This document shows, piece by piece, positions 12,102-24,503 of a stretch of 64,000 bases of DNA; position 1 is the stretch's first letter; the number at the start of each line of letters is the position of its first letter. This DNA is from Octopus vulgaris. Lineage: Eukaryota. The notes below the pieces were generated by a model. It had not been told where the DNA came from, made no database searches, and was given only the letters and a program-made list of their open reading frames with translations. Position numbers and translations under genes: made by a program. The stretch lies in NCBI GenBank assembly GCA_951406725.2, contig OX597817.1:25792001-25856000 (forward strand), written 5' to 3'.

Positions 12102-13081
12102 AGACAGTGGAATATTAAAAAGATTATACCTTTCCCAATGGTCATTTAGAAATTTGGATTACCCAAAACCTTCCTTTAATTTTAAGATTAATTATTTAAA
12201 TTTTAATAGCTTTCAAAGCTGATGTTTTAGAGAACTTGACTATAAATTTCTGATGTATCTCTGAAATAACATAGAACATTGCAAAAATTTTATATTTCTT
12301 TATTTGAATAAAACAATGATAAATAGATCAACTTCTCACTAAATTGCTAACAAGGAAGAAACATTTAAATAATTCCTTTACAGTGTTGCAAACGGAATAA
12401 TATAATTATTATTTAAAATTGTGAAATAAGTTTAGCTTGTTTAAATTTTGCTTCCTTTAAAGTCATGACATTTAAATATATTTGATTTATTTGTTTGCTT
12501 CTCATAAAATAATTTAGATCAACGACAATGATGGCAATGATGATGATGATGATGATGATGGCAAGTGGTGGTGATTGTAACGGTAGTGATGGAGAAGGTA
12601 ATGGTGGTAAGGAGGAGGAGGATGAGAATAATGGTGGGATGGTGATGGAAATGAGAATAATGTGAGGACAATAAAGATAAGAGATTATAACAAGAATTAT
12701 ACTTTCTATTATGTACTTTTCTGTGAAGTGTATTTCATTGTTATTGTTTAACACAAGGTCAGCCCTAGATGGGCTGGTCCCTGATTAAAAGTATTTCAAA
12801 TGAGATCACACCTTTCCTTAACCATCATTTACCTGACGCTACAGGATCCGATATGTCCATTATTTAGGAGAAAAAAGATACGATTTGAGAAAGCTTTCAC
12901 TGTTACTTTTACCAGATCAATAGACTGAATACAGGCTTTTCTCATTCGCTTGTGTGTGTGTATGTGCGTGTGTGTTTGTGTGTGTGTATGCATGCATGCG
13001 TATATGTGTTGTGAGTGCAAGCATGTGCACTGGCTCTGGTTCTGATGACTGTACACAGGATTTTTTTATTATTTATAATGA

Positions 13082-13126
<45 letters not shown>

Positions 13127-13250
13127 GCAAAATAAAAGAATATATGTATAAGAATATATACATCGGCATCTTCAAATGATAACATAAATATATACCATGA
13201 CCATGTTTCTTCAGTATTTTGTAAACACATTATATATATATAACTCCTGT

Positions 13251-13662
13251 AGGCACAGGAGTGGGCTGTGTGGTAAGTAGCTTGTTTACCAACCACATGG
13301 TTCCGGGTTCAGTCCCACTGCGTGGCATCTTGGGCAAGTGTCTTCTACTATAGCCTCGGGCCGACCAAAGCCTTGTGAGTGGATTTGGTAGACGGAAACT
13401 GAAAGAAGCTCGTCGTGTATATGTATATATATATATATGCATGTGTGTGTTTGTGTCTCTGTGTTTGTCCCCTAACATTGCTTGACAACCGGTGCTGGTG
13501 TGTTTATGTCCCCGTTACTTAGCGGTTCGGCAAAAGAGACCGATAGAATAAGTACTGGGTTTACAAAAAGAATAAGTCCTTGGGTCTAGTTGCTCGATTA
13601 AAAGGCGGTGCTCCAGCATGGCCGCAGTCAAATGACTGAAACAAGTAAAAGAGTAAAAGAGT
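13251..13662 (+). mobile_element. SINE family A, full length
   Basis: Same head, body and tail as 9801-10237. Confidence 0.85.
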
Positions 13663-13719
13663 ATATATATATATATATATATATATGCTCTTTTACATAT
13701 GTATATATATATATATATA

Positions 13720-13752
<33 letters not shown>

Positions 13753-14218
13753 TTATACATACATATGCAAAATAAAAGAATATATGTATAAGAATATATA
13801 CATTGCCATCTTCAAATGATAACATATATATACCATGACCTTGTTTCTTCAGTATTTTGTAAACACATTATATATATATATATATTCTGTTAACAAAATA
13901 CTGAAGAAAGAAGGTCATAGTATTTCAAGATAATGGTAAAAAGATAAGCATGTTGGGGAAACTAATGCTCATTTTCCCACAAATGATCAGATTATGATTG
14001 ATTATGCCTGTTATCTGTCTTGAGTTAGTAAAATAAATATCAGTAATACGCTGGAGTTAATTCAATAACCTCTGTTTCCAATGAATATTTGACTTTGAAT
14101 GCCTCAGTAACAGACCAATGTTACACACCCATAAACACATACAGGAAAAGAATTGAAGTACATACACATAGAATTAGCATGTACATGGCTGAACTGTCTA
14201 CAGGTATATGTACACAAA

Positions 14219-14450
14219 GGCGGCGAGCTAGTAGAAACGTTAGCACGCCGGGCGAAATGCTTACTGGTATTTCGTCTGCCATTACGTTCTGAGTTCAAAT
14301 TCTGCCGAGGTTGACTTTGCCTTTCATCCTTTCGGGGTCGATAAACTAAGTACTAGTTACGCACTGAGGTCGATGTAATCGACTTAATCCATTTGTCTGT
14401 CCTTGTTTGCCCCCTCTGTGTTTGGCCCCTTGTGGGTAGTAAAGAAATAG
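14219..14450 (+). mobile_element. tRNA-derived SINE family C with Nin/Deu-like central domain, 15-bp TSD
   Basis: B box gagttcaaattc, then gactttgcctttcatcctttcggggtcgataaa (resembles the Nin/Deu SINE domain). Flanked by aggtatatgtacaca at 14202-14216 and 14449-14463. Confidence 0.8.
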
Positions 14451-14850
14451 GTATATGTACACAGATTCTTGCAAGCAGAACCATGAATCACAGTGTGACA
14501 TGGTCAGACCTTTATTTATGTTACAGGTGCAACACAGTTTCTACCACCTTGATTCCCTTAAAACGCTTTGGTTGACTGACAGCTGTTGTAAAAATATCCT
14601 TCTGGTGCCATAAAGCAGGATCAAACTTAGGAACTCCTAATTGCAAGCAAACTTCTTAACCATTCAACTATGTTGAAGTGGATAGAAGTGAATTTACTTA
14701 TGAATTCATATTGCTCAGTGTAACTTCATATTCTACGAAATGTAACCTGTGATAAAGAGGAAAATTTTTCTGTTCATAACTTAAAAATATATTACTAAAG
14801 GATTCAACATTTCTTGTTCAGAATTTTAACATTGTAGTATTTCTGAATAT

Positions 14851-15060
14851 ACTCTTTATTTTTTTTTACTTGTTTCAGTCATTTTACTGCAGCCATGCTA
14901 GAGCACCACCTCTAGTTGAGCAAATCGACCCCAGAACTTAATCTTTGTAAGCCTAGTACTTATTCTATTCGCCTCCTTTGCCAAACTGCTAAGTTACGGG
15001 GACACAAACACACCAGCATCGGTTGTCAAGCAATGTTGGGGGGATAAACACGCACACACA

Positions 15061-15099
<39 letters not shown>

Positions 15100-15104
15100 G
15101 CACG

Positions 15105-15138
<34 letters not shown>

Positions 15139-15309
15139 CATATATACGGTGGGCTTCTTTAAATTTCCATCAACCAAATCCACTCACAAGGCTTTGGTCA
15201 GCCCAAGGCTATAGTAGAAGACACTTGCCCAAGATGCCACACAGTGGGACTGAACCTGGAACTATGTGGTTCGTAAGCAAGCTACTTACCACACACCCAC
15301 TCCTACACC
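14851..15309 (-). mobile_element. SINE family A
   Basis: Matches the other family A copies, with an expanded internal (CA)n. Confidence 0.85.
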
Positions 15310-16514
15310 TCAGAAAATTATTTTATTTTCAGTGATGTCATTTTCTTGTTTGTTAGAATACCCTCTTTCTTATATTCTAGAGTATCTTGTTTTGACTTGG
15401 TCTTCACCGTTTAATGAATTTTAAGGGCACTATTGTGGTGAGTAGTGTTCCTTGGACATTTTCAGTCCTGGCAGAGCTCATGCCTTTCTATGGATGATCA
15501 CAGCTAGCTTCTTTCAGAAAAGAAGTAAGAGAGAGAGAGAAAGAGAAATGAAGACAGAATTAGAGGGAAATATTGATCCCAGTACAAAATTGTTACTTTA
15601 CCAATACTGGAAATGTGAAATTAACCTCCTGCAAAATTTTAACACTGAGCTAGAATAAATACTGCAAAACATTTTATACAGCACTCAAACAACTCAACTA
15701 GTTCACTGAACAGCAAATTATTATAATTCGAAAGTAAACCAAGGTCTTTCCTAGGTTTCTTTACATTAATGAAAAAAAACATAAATAAATAAAAAATTTC
15801 TTATTTTAACCACCACAGGTAGAATTCATAAAATCTACTAATACTGTTTTCCTCCTTTTAGCTTATGACCTTTCAAATGTCTATGGCAGTTTTTAAGAAT
15901 TATTCACTTTTCCTGTTTCTCAAGATTTAAGTAACTCTTTCCGTGAACAGCTTCAACATTACATTATTTATTCATAGTAAACTTGTTAATGTAAACACTT
16001 CCACTATATTTATAATACAGTTTTCGTTTTTGATATTACATGTCTGTATTATTACAGTGATTTTCTTTCTCTTGCTGTTGTTATTAGGTAGAAATGTAGT
16101 AATGTAGTAGAAAAAAACAAAACAGACTGTAGCGTTCCTTCCTTAACTATCCTTATATCTTTTCTTTAAGGTATAATGTCTCCATGACTAGATTATACAT
16201 TGTATCCTTCCTTTTGAAGATAATAGGATATGATTTGAGGGAAATGCATTTCCTATTTACATCATGTCAAGTTGCCACTTGATGCTTCCTTGCCGATATA
16301 TTATGAGCTCTGTTAGAGCACAACATTCAAATATATTTTAACTCATTTCAAATAGGCATCCAGTACATTAGGTGAATAACACAGTGCTCCAGTATGACCA
16401 CGGTCAAATGACTGAAACAAATAAAAGAATAGAAGAATAAAAGAACATATTTGTTTGAAGCAGAAGATAAGTTCTATTCTGACTCCAAATCTTTTGTTTG
16501 TGAGTACTGTCTGA

Positions 16515-16845
16515 AATTCTGAACATCATAAGCGGAAAGTGTAACCTCTCGAAAGAAGTGTTCTTTACTCCTGCTCCAGAGCGTCGGCTGCGGGGTCACT
16601 CCAAAAAGCTCTATCTGCGACTATTTCATCTCAATCGAAGGAGAGGGGCTTTCTCCGTCCGGGTTGCGGATCCGTGGAATAAGCTGCCGGACGAGATAGT
16701 GAAGATGCCGACGACTGCTTAGTTCAAAGTCTCCCTTGAGCACAAGTGGCCTGAACTCTTTACATGAACACCACCCTGTACATAACTGCATGTCCCCCTA
16801 CATGACATTGCTTTTTGAGCCAAAAAATTAACTAACTAACTAACG
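16515..16845 (+). mobile_element. CR1-clade LINE 3' end
   Basis: From 16519 it reads LNIISGKCNLSKEVFFTPAPERRLRGHSKKLYL...RRGAFSVRVADPWNKLPDEIV (CR1 ORF2 C-terminal RGH..KL / FS.RV...WN.LP motifs). It has one in-frame stop and a (CTAA)n tail. Confidence 0.85.
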
Positions 16846-16882
16846 TTTCTCTTGATATCCTCACCATTTTTTAAAAAAACAA

Positions 16883-17265
16883 TCATCATCGTCATCATCA
16901 TCATCGTTTAACGTCCATTTTCCATGCTAGCATGGGTTGGACGGTTCGACCAGGGTTTGGGATGCCAGGAGGCTGCACCAAGCTCCAGTCTGATCTGGCA
17001 GTGTTTCTACAGCTGGATGCTCTTCCTGACACCAACCACTCCGCGAGTGTAGTGGGTGCTTTATACATCTCAGGCAAGGCTGGCAACGGCCATGATTGCT
17101 TGGTGCTTTTTACATGCCACCTTCACGGAAGCCTGTCAAGGCTGGTATTGGCCACATTCAGATGGTGCTTTTTACGTGCCACCGGCACAGGTATCACAAC
17201 TACAATCTCCATTTGATTTTGGATGTTGATGTACTTGACTCAATAGGTCTCCTCAAGCACAAGGT
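16883..17265 (-). mobile_element. RTE 3' end (end of ORF plus 3' UTR, family B)
   Basis: Family B motifs. The upstream minus-strand gtgcttgaggagacc resembles the ORF ends of the RTE fragments at ~8600 and ~22000. Confidence 0.75.
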
Positions 17266-17660
17266 CTCTTTGTTAGCAGTGATATCTGAGGAACAGAGAC
17301 CACTGTAGTAGTGGTAGAAAAAGCAGAATGAGGGTACCAGCACAGCTGTATGTTAGATGTATTCATATTCAGCATGTCTAGAAACACATTATTAAATGTG
17401 TTCTCCAGGGCAAGATGTGATACAAATCCACCTTTACTATTTCTAGTAGGTTGAGTAAATATATAGAGATACCCTCAACTTATAGTTTCTTTTGTTATAT
17501 ATTGTGTCAATATCTAGAATTTTCCATTACAATGCTACAGTTTATGGGGTAATTCTTAAACTGTATTGACGATGGTGCTGAACTTAGCTTAGCTGTCACT
17601 TGCAAGTGAGTGCCACACTTTCACTTCTTTTGTGAATGACACAACGCACACCAACAACTT

Positions 17661-18080
17661 TACTCTTTACTCTCTTTTACTCTTTTACTTGTTTCAGTCA
17701 TTTGACTGCAGCCATGCTGGAGCACCGCCTTTAATCGAGCCACTTGACCCTGGGACTTATTCTTTTGTAAGCCCAGTACTTATTCTATCGGTCTCTTTTG
17801 CCGAACCGCTAAGTAACGGGGACATAAACACACCAGCATCGGTTGTCAAGCAATGCTAGGGGGACAAACACAGACACACAAACACACACACGCATAAATA
17901 TATATACATATATATACGATGGGCTTCTTTCAGTTTCCATCTACCAAATCCACTCACAAGGCTTTGGTCGGCCCGGGGCTATAGCAGAAGACACTTGCCC
18001 AAGATGCCACGCAGTGGGACTGAACCCAGAACCATGTGGCTGGTAAACAAGCTACTTACCACACAGCCACTCCTGCGCCT
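17661..18080 (-). mobile_element. SINE family A
   Basis: Near-consensus copy. Confidence 0.85.
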
Positions 18081-18254
18081 TTGTTTAAACTTTGTTTAAA
18101 TTTTATGTATAAACTTTCTTAGTATATAACTTTCCATTTCTTTGCAAGTTGTGTACATACACTGCAAATATGACTGTATATACAATGTGTAGCATATGAG
18201 CAATGCATGCTTATTTACAGTTCATTTATGATACCTATTCTACATTTACTCAGC

Positions 18255-18558
18255 ATTTCCTCTTATTTATTTATGGGCCCTTTTTCAAGCCTAGCCAGGC
18301 TCATGGGCCCGGTTTCCTAGTTTCTATGGCTTATGTGTCCCCCCCCCCCAGTTCATCGCAAGAAACAGGAAGAGAGAATGAGAGAAAGTTGGGGTGAAAG
18401 AGTACATCAGGGGTCGCTACCACCCCCTGCTGGAACCCCATTGAGCTTTAGGTGTTTTCGCTCAGTAAATACACACAATGCCCCCGGTCTGGGAATCAAA
18501 ACCGTGATCCTCCAGCCGCGAGTCTGCTGCTCTAACCACTGGGCCATTGCGCCTCCAC
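18255..18558 (-). mobile_element. tRNA-derived SINE family D
   Basis: Minus-strand head GTGGAGGCGCAATGGCCCAGTGGTTAGAGC (A box) and GGTTTTGATTCCC (B box). Tail shared with 37978-38263. Confidence 0.8.
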
Positions 18559-18699
18559 TCAAATCCTCATACAATCTACTATATATTTCTGTGAAACCCA
18601 TCTCTGATCATTGACCATTTTTTTTCTAACAACTCTGATTACTCCTTACTAATCAAGATTCATCTAGTATTCCCTTCTGCTCCTCTTCTTTTTTACTAT

Positions 18700-18965
18700 T
18701 GCCAGCCTGGCCTGGCCTCCGTGCCGGTGGCACGTAAAAAGCACCATCCGATCGTGGCCGTTTGCCAGCCTCGTCTGGCACCTGTGCCGGTGGCATGTAA
18801 AAAGCACCCACTACACTCATGGAGTGGTTGGCGTTAGGAAGGGCATCCCAGCCGTAGAAACATTGCCAGATCAGACTGGGCCTGGTGCAGCCTTCTGGCT
18901 TCCCAGACCCCAGTTGAACCGTCCAACCCATGCCAGCATGGAAAGCGGACGCTAAACGATGATAA
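18700..18965 (+). mobile_element. RTE 3' UTR fragment (family B)
   Basis: Family B motifs, ends ggacgctaaacgatgat. Confidence 0.8.
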
Positions 18966-20448
18966 ACGATGATATATATATATATGTATGGTTCTATGTT
19001 ATTGTTTGTGTGACCTTTTATCAACCTCTTCCCTTTTTTTTCTGTATTCTTGTCTTGATACTCACCACCTTCCTTACACTTCAGCTGACTTGGATATTAT
19101 TATAAAACTGGGTTCTTCTCTACCACCACCCTCCCAATCTTTACTTCCTTCTTCATTGCTCATCATGCACACTACTCACACTACCTCTCTCTCGTGTTTA
19201 TTTTCCCTTTCACTTCCTAACGTTAATACTTTGCATAGCACCACTACTTTCGCTACTTTACTCACTTTTTCATTCACTCTTGCAACAAGACAATATCACT
19301 TCAATGTATTTGCTCTCTCTCTCTTGTCCTTTTCTTCTTTATATCCCCTCTCCCCTTCTCTGTCTTTCATACACACACAAAAGAAGAAGGAGGAGGACAA
19401 GTGCTTGAAACATTAGAGTCTTTCACTGCTTGCAGCAAATCAACTCACTGAACTCTTCTATGTTAGTTCATTGTGAAGTATCTTGAACTAGAGCACTCAC
19501 TAATTTGGAATATTGTCAATTTGAATTACCAAAATTATTCAGGGCAACTTTGACATCTTATGTAAATACTTAAACAGAATCATATTTTCCATGTTTATTG
19601 TTCTGTTAAGTATATCTATTACCTGTAATTCTTTTTTCCCTTTTTTTTTTTTTTTTTTTTTCACTTTTCCCCTTATTTATTGATAACAGAAAAATCCTAA
19701 ATATACCCATTCTGCTGGATGTATTGTCCACATATCTGAAGAAGAAAACTTCACAATAATTTTTAAAAGGTTGGTTGAAACACTATCAGATTTTCTAAAC
19801 TCACTGTGTAATCTCTTATTACAGATAGATATTCACCAATTTTTAAGGCTATTGTACACAATTTTCTGCTGCTTTTCAACAATGTTTATTTTGTGAATCC
19901 CTGCAATGTGTGGTGTGTATTTCAGCTTATTGGAAAGATTAGCTGGTGTCATCTATGTTATCTACAATATAAAAGGTGTATATTCTGTTATTTAAGTATT
20001 TGGCCCTCTGATGATAGTTTTTATCAGTTTAGATGCAGTATTTTATTTAATCCTGTAGCTAAATAAAAGCTTGCATGCAGAAACTAATTCTGTTTGGATT
20101 ATTGTGTTGCATTTTGTGGTGTTAAATTTATCTTGTCATGTATTACATTCTTAAATTTCTCTTGATCTCTGAAGGTGAGGTTTTGAAGCAATATCTTCTA
20201 CACATAGCAGCAATTTCTTTGTTATTTTTATTGGTTTATTGATGATATATTGCATCTGATCATGTTTATCAAATTTTTGTTTGTTCTTTCATAAGTTTAC
20301 CACATAGGTTCTAGGAACAGGCTCTCATACACAAAATTACGTAGAAAACAAAAGCAAATGTGACAATATTTGCATTAAACAAAACAAAACAAACTCAGTA
20401 AAGCATGTTAAAATACATATAGTGACAACAATTTGAAGGTGATTATAG

Positions 20449-20590
20449 CATCATCATCATCATCATCATCGTTTAACGTCCGTTCTCCATGCTAGCATGG
20501 GTTGGACGGTTCGACCGGGGATCTGGGAAGCCAGAAGGCTGCACCAGGCTCCAGTCTTATCTGGCAATGTTTCTACAGCTGGATGCCCTT
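20449..20590 (-). mobile_element. RTE 3' UTR tip (family B)
   Basis: (CAT)n followed by gtttaacgtccgttctccatgctagc. Confidence 0.8.
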
Positions 20591-20599
20591 CAATAGCAA

Positions 20600-20809
20600 T
20601 AATAATGTTGACAAATTTTAGCTCAAGGCCAGAAACTTTCAGAGGAGATAAGTCGATCACATCGTCCCCAGTACTTGGCTGGTACTTAATTTATCAAGGA
20701 TGAAAGGTAAAGTCAACTTAGGCGGAATTTGAACTCAGAATGTAGTGGCAGATGAAATACCACTAAGTATCTTGTCCGGCATGCTCATGATTCTGCCAGC
20801 TCACTGCCT

Positions 20810-20810
<1 letters not shown>
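20600..20810 (-). mobile_element. SINE family C
   Basis: ggtacttaatttatc...ggaatttgaactcagaatg...ctgccagctcactgcc. Confidence 0.7.
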
Positions 20811-20855
<45 letters not shown>

Positions 20856-20872
20856 TAATAATAATGATAATA

Positions 20873-21200
20873 ATCATCGTTTAACGTTCGTTTTCCATGT
20901 TAGCATGGGTTGGATGGTTCGACTGGGGTCTGGGAAGCCAGGAGGCTGCACCACGCTCCAGACTGATCTGCCAGTGTTTCTACAGCTGGATGCCCTTCCT
21001 AACGCCAACCACTCCATGAGTATAGTGGGTGCTTTTTACGTGCCACTGGCACAGGGGCCAGAGGAGGCTGGCAAACGGCCACAATTGGTTGGTGCTTTTA
21101 TGCATTACTGACATGGATGCCAGTCAGGCGGCGCTGGCATCTGCCATGTTCGGATGGTGCATTTTACATTTTACATGTCACCGGCACAGGTATCTTAACT
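20873..21200 (-). mobile_element. RTE 3' UTR fragment (family B)
   Basis: Family B motifs following an (AAT)n tract. Confidence 0.8.
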
Positions 21201-21805
21201 AAATAATAATAATATTGATTTCATTTATTTACGACGAGGGTGAAATATGAGGGGGACAATACAGAAACAGACATAAAGTTTGAGGGTTTACATACAATAA
21301 TGAAATGATTGAAAAAAGAATACAAGGTATACACTGGGAAGGAGGAGATATATGCAGAGCATACAGAGGTGAAAAGAAAAAAAAGTGGAGGTAGGGAGGA
21401 TGATAGAGATGTGGACCCCCTGATACAGGAACCCCTCTAGGGATAACTGAGGAACCCCACCATTCGAGATTTCCTTGAAACCCTATGAGCAAGTGCCCTC
21501 ACCAATTCCTTCTCTCCAACTCACTGGTCTACTCCTTGAGAGGTACCATCCACTCTTGCCACTTTTGCAACTTTCACCCACCTTTCAGTAAGTTCACTCG
21601 AGGACAGCACTTCCCTCTCCACTCTCAATTTCCTTTTCAAGTGAAACTTGAAAAAGTCAGTGTGAGCTCTACCAAAGAGGAATGTGTCTGTCCTCATACC
21701 TTTCAGTCTTGTCCATCAAACAACCTCCTTCACCACAGCCACCAGGCAAAGAAAAACTGCCTTGCCGGCCCAATTAAAGGAGGGTGGTGGTGTAATCATC
21801 ACTAC
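21200..21805 (-). mobile_element. L1/Tx1-like LINE 3' end
   Basis: Minus strand reads AVFLCLVAVVKEVV*WTRLKG...FFKFHLKRKLRVEREVLSSSELTERWVKV, like the Tx1 ORF2 C-terminus. It is followed by a pyrimidine-rich 3' UTR, AATAAA and (ATT)n. Confidence 0.6.
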
Positions 21806-21934
21806 AGACATGGCTGACAGAAAAAGAGTAATAATAATAATAATAAGGCCTGAAATTTGGGGGAGGGAATAATCGATTACATTTACCCCAGTTTTCCACT
21901 GGTACTTAATTTATCAACCCCCAATGAATGAGGG

Positions 21935-22375
21935 TATTCATAAATGGGCTGGTTACACCCACTAGCATAGGCCATGGGCTATGGTCCCACTTGGCTTGTC
22001 GGGTCTTCTCAAGCACAGCATATCTCCAAAGGTTCCTGTCACTAGTCATTGCCTTGGTAAGGCCTAATATGCACCACCTCATCCCAGGTTTTCCTGGGTT
22101 TACCTCTTCCACAAGTTCCCTCAACTGCTATGGTGTGACACTTTTTCACACAGCTGTCCTTGTTCATTCACAACACATGACCATACCAGCACAGTCATCT
22201 CTCTTGCACACCACATCTGATGCTTCTTAAATCCAACTTTTCTCTCAGGGTGCTTACACTCTGTTGTGTATGCACACTGACATTACACATCCAGCAGAGT
22301 ATACTGGCTTTATTCCTTGCAAGCTTACGCATATCCTCAGCAGTCACGTCCATATTTCACTGCCATGTAGCATGG
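21935..22375 (-). mobile_element. RTE LINE ORF2 C-terminal fragment
   Basis: Minus strand reads LREKLDLRSIRCGVQER.LCWYGHV..GRGKPRKTWDEVV..WRYAVLEKT across frameshifts. Homologous to 8600-8980. Confidence 0.85.
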
Positions 22376-22456
22376 CAAATATATATATATATATATATAT
22401 TAGTGAATTGAAGAAATGGAGTTGAACGAAGATTGAACAGAAATCGTTTTATTGCA

Positions 22457-22536
22457 TTCTACACGTGTTTCGAAAGGCACAATTTACCAAATTCCGAATG
22501 AATAATGAGACCATATTGTGTCTTTCTCTTCAGGAA
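22457..22536 (-). ncRNA. Mirror copy of the hammerhead motif in the inverted arm
   Basis: Reverse complement of 22726-22805. Confidence 0.7.
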
Positions 22537-22725
22537 GAAATAGGAAATTGTTGGAATAAACAAAAACAGAACAGAGGCGGAGCAAAACAAATCGAACGAG
22601 GCTCCTAAGAGCCCTTTTTTTTTTTTTTTTTTTTTTTTTTGGCCATGGCCTCTTAGGAGCCTCGTTCGATTTGTTTTGCTCCGCCTCTGTTCTGTTTTTG
22701 TTTATTCCAACAGATTTCCTATTTC

Positions 22726-22805
22726 TTCCTGAAGAGAAAGACACAATATGGTCTCATTATTCATTCGGAATTTGGTAAATTGTGCCTTTCGAAACACGTG
22801 TAGAA
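22726..22805 (+). ncRNA. Minimal type I hammerhead ribozyme motif (PLE type)
   Basis: TTC | CTGAAGA (22729-22735) | stem II GAAAGACACAAT...ATTGTGCCTTTC (11/12 bp) | GAAA (22791-22794) | palindromic stem III CACGTG | TA cleavage (GUA) | GAA pairing with TTC. AATAAA follows at 22809. Confidence 0.75.
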
Positions 22806-23020
22806 TGCAATAAAACGATTTCTGTTCAATCTTCGTTCAACTCCATTTCTTCAATTCACTAATAATATTAAAATTCAATTATCCGCACCAACGCACGGTT
22901 GCAACACCATATGGTTGTACCTCCAACCGTGCTGTCTTCTGCTGTGATTTTTGCTACCAAGGTATCGGTTAAACTTTTGATTAATCTGCAACAAGATTAT
23001 TCATCTTTCTATTTCACAAA

Positions 23021-23052
<32 letters not shown>

Positions 23053-23089
23053 AATATTTCATAAATATATGCGTGTGTATGTATATATA

Positions 23090-23306
23090 ATTATTAATAG
23101 TAGGGAATATAAAATTCCAAGGTAACAGGGGAAAAAAAACTCAATTTAGTAATATTTAATCGAATTTCACGAGATACTATATAGAATTAAGAGACAGAAC
23201 CTTCGTCAAAGTAATTCAATTGACAGTGAAAGATATTATCTATAATAAAATATTTTAAAATTATTAATTGAATTACTTTGATGGAGGTTCTGTCTCTTAA
23301 TTCTGT
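23090..23306. mobile_element. Inverted-repeat plus tail element in (TA)n
   Basis: Arms are 23181-23221 and 23266-23306. The tail 23090-23180 resembles 59575-59700 (tagggaata..tccaa..acaggg..tcaatttag). Confidence 0.55.
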
Positions 23307-23964
23307 AGACATATATATATATATATATATAGATATACATGCATATATACCTGAGAGTAGAATAAATCAAGATAAATAGTTTGTTTGTCTTTATTATAAC
23401 CTTATTAATCACATAATCTTGCATGTGTTTCATTAGCAAATACATGAATGTTGAGTGCTAATTGTTATGGATTACAGAATTACATTGAAACCGAATATAT
23501 CTTGAAGAAAACCAGAACTGAAACCATTGCTATTTACCAACATCAGACTGAACCTTAATGGCAAAATGAACAACAATACTTCACTTCATGGACCGAGGGC
23601 CATCGTCTAACACGGTATCATTAAACCAATTACATCATTTCAATGTAACAGAAACTAGCTGCTGTGGCAGTAGTGGTAGTGATGGTGGCATCACTAGAAG
23701 CAACAACTGCAGCAGATGCAGTGGCAGCAGCAGCAGCAGATGCAATGGCAGCAGCAGCAGCAGCAGCAGCCATCCAAGAATTTGGACCTGGAGATCTCCA
23801 TTTCCAGTGACTTCGAGGGCCACCTCCCAGTGGTGTCAGGCGTCAACGAAGAGCCCTCTACTACAACAAGACGACCAAAGTCTATTTTTTGTTTCCAAGG
23901 TCTGGGGTCTCCCGCCCCTAAGCCCTAGACCATCACCTAATCACCCTTACCCGTCTTGTTGCTT

Positions 23965-24122
<158 letters not shown>

Positions 24123-24503
24123 TTGCTGATTTAGGCACAAGGTGAGGAGTTTTGAAGTGGGGATGCTTACTTCATGCCATCTATGTCAGTACTTCATGGT
24201 ACTTTATTTTATTGACCTTGGAGGGCAGAAAGTCAAAGTTATTTCCTACAGGATCTGAACTCAGAAAATGAAAAATTGAAGAAATACCACAAAGCGTTTT
24301 ACCTGTCACTCTAACTATTTTGCTACCTAGTCACGTTTAATGGCTTTAAATTTATGGAAGGGGCCTGAAATTTGTCAAGTTGATAACTTTAATTACAGTA
24401 CTTTATTTTACCTTCTTTTATTGACCCTCAAGGGATTTAAAGCAATGTTGACTGCAGCAGGATTTGAACTCACTAATAAAGAATCAGAAGGAATATTTCT
24501 AAA

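Larger units (their letters stand above)
22398..23020 (+). mobile_element. Penelope-like pLTR insertion: ~214-bp near-perfect inverted repeat plus ~155-bp tail, within (TA)n
   Basis: 22398-22611 is the reverse complement of 22650-22864 (one 1-nt indel seen). The spacer is CCC-T26-GGCCATGGC. A tail runs 22865-23020. TA tracts flank both sides, and the arms contain a hammerhead motif. Confidence 0.75.

Noticed and set aside
13900-13975. CTGAAGA ... GAAAC as a hammerhead
   Set aside because: No stem II or stem III pairing.
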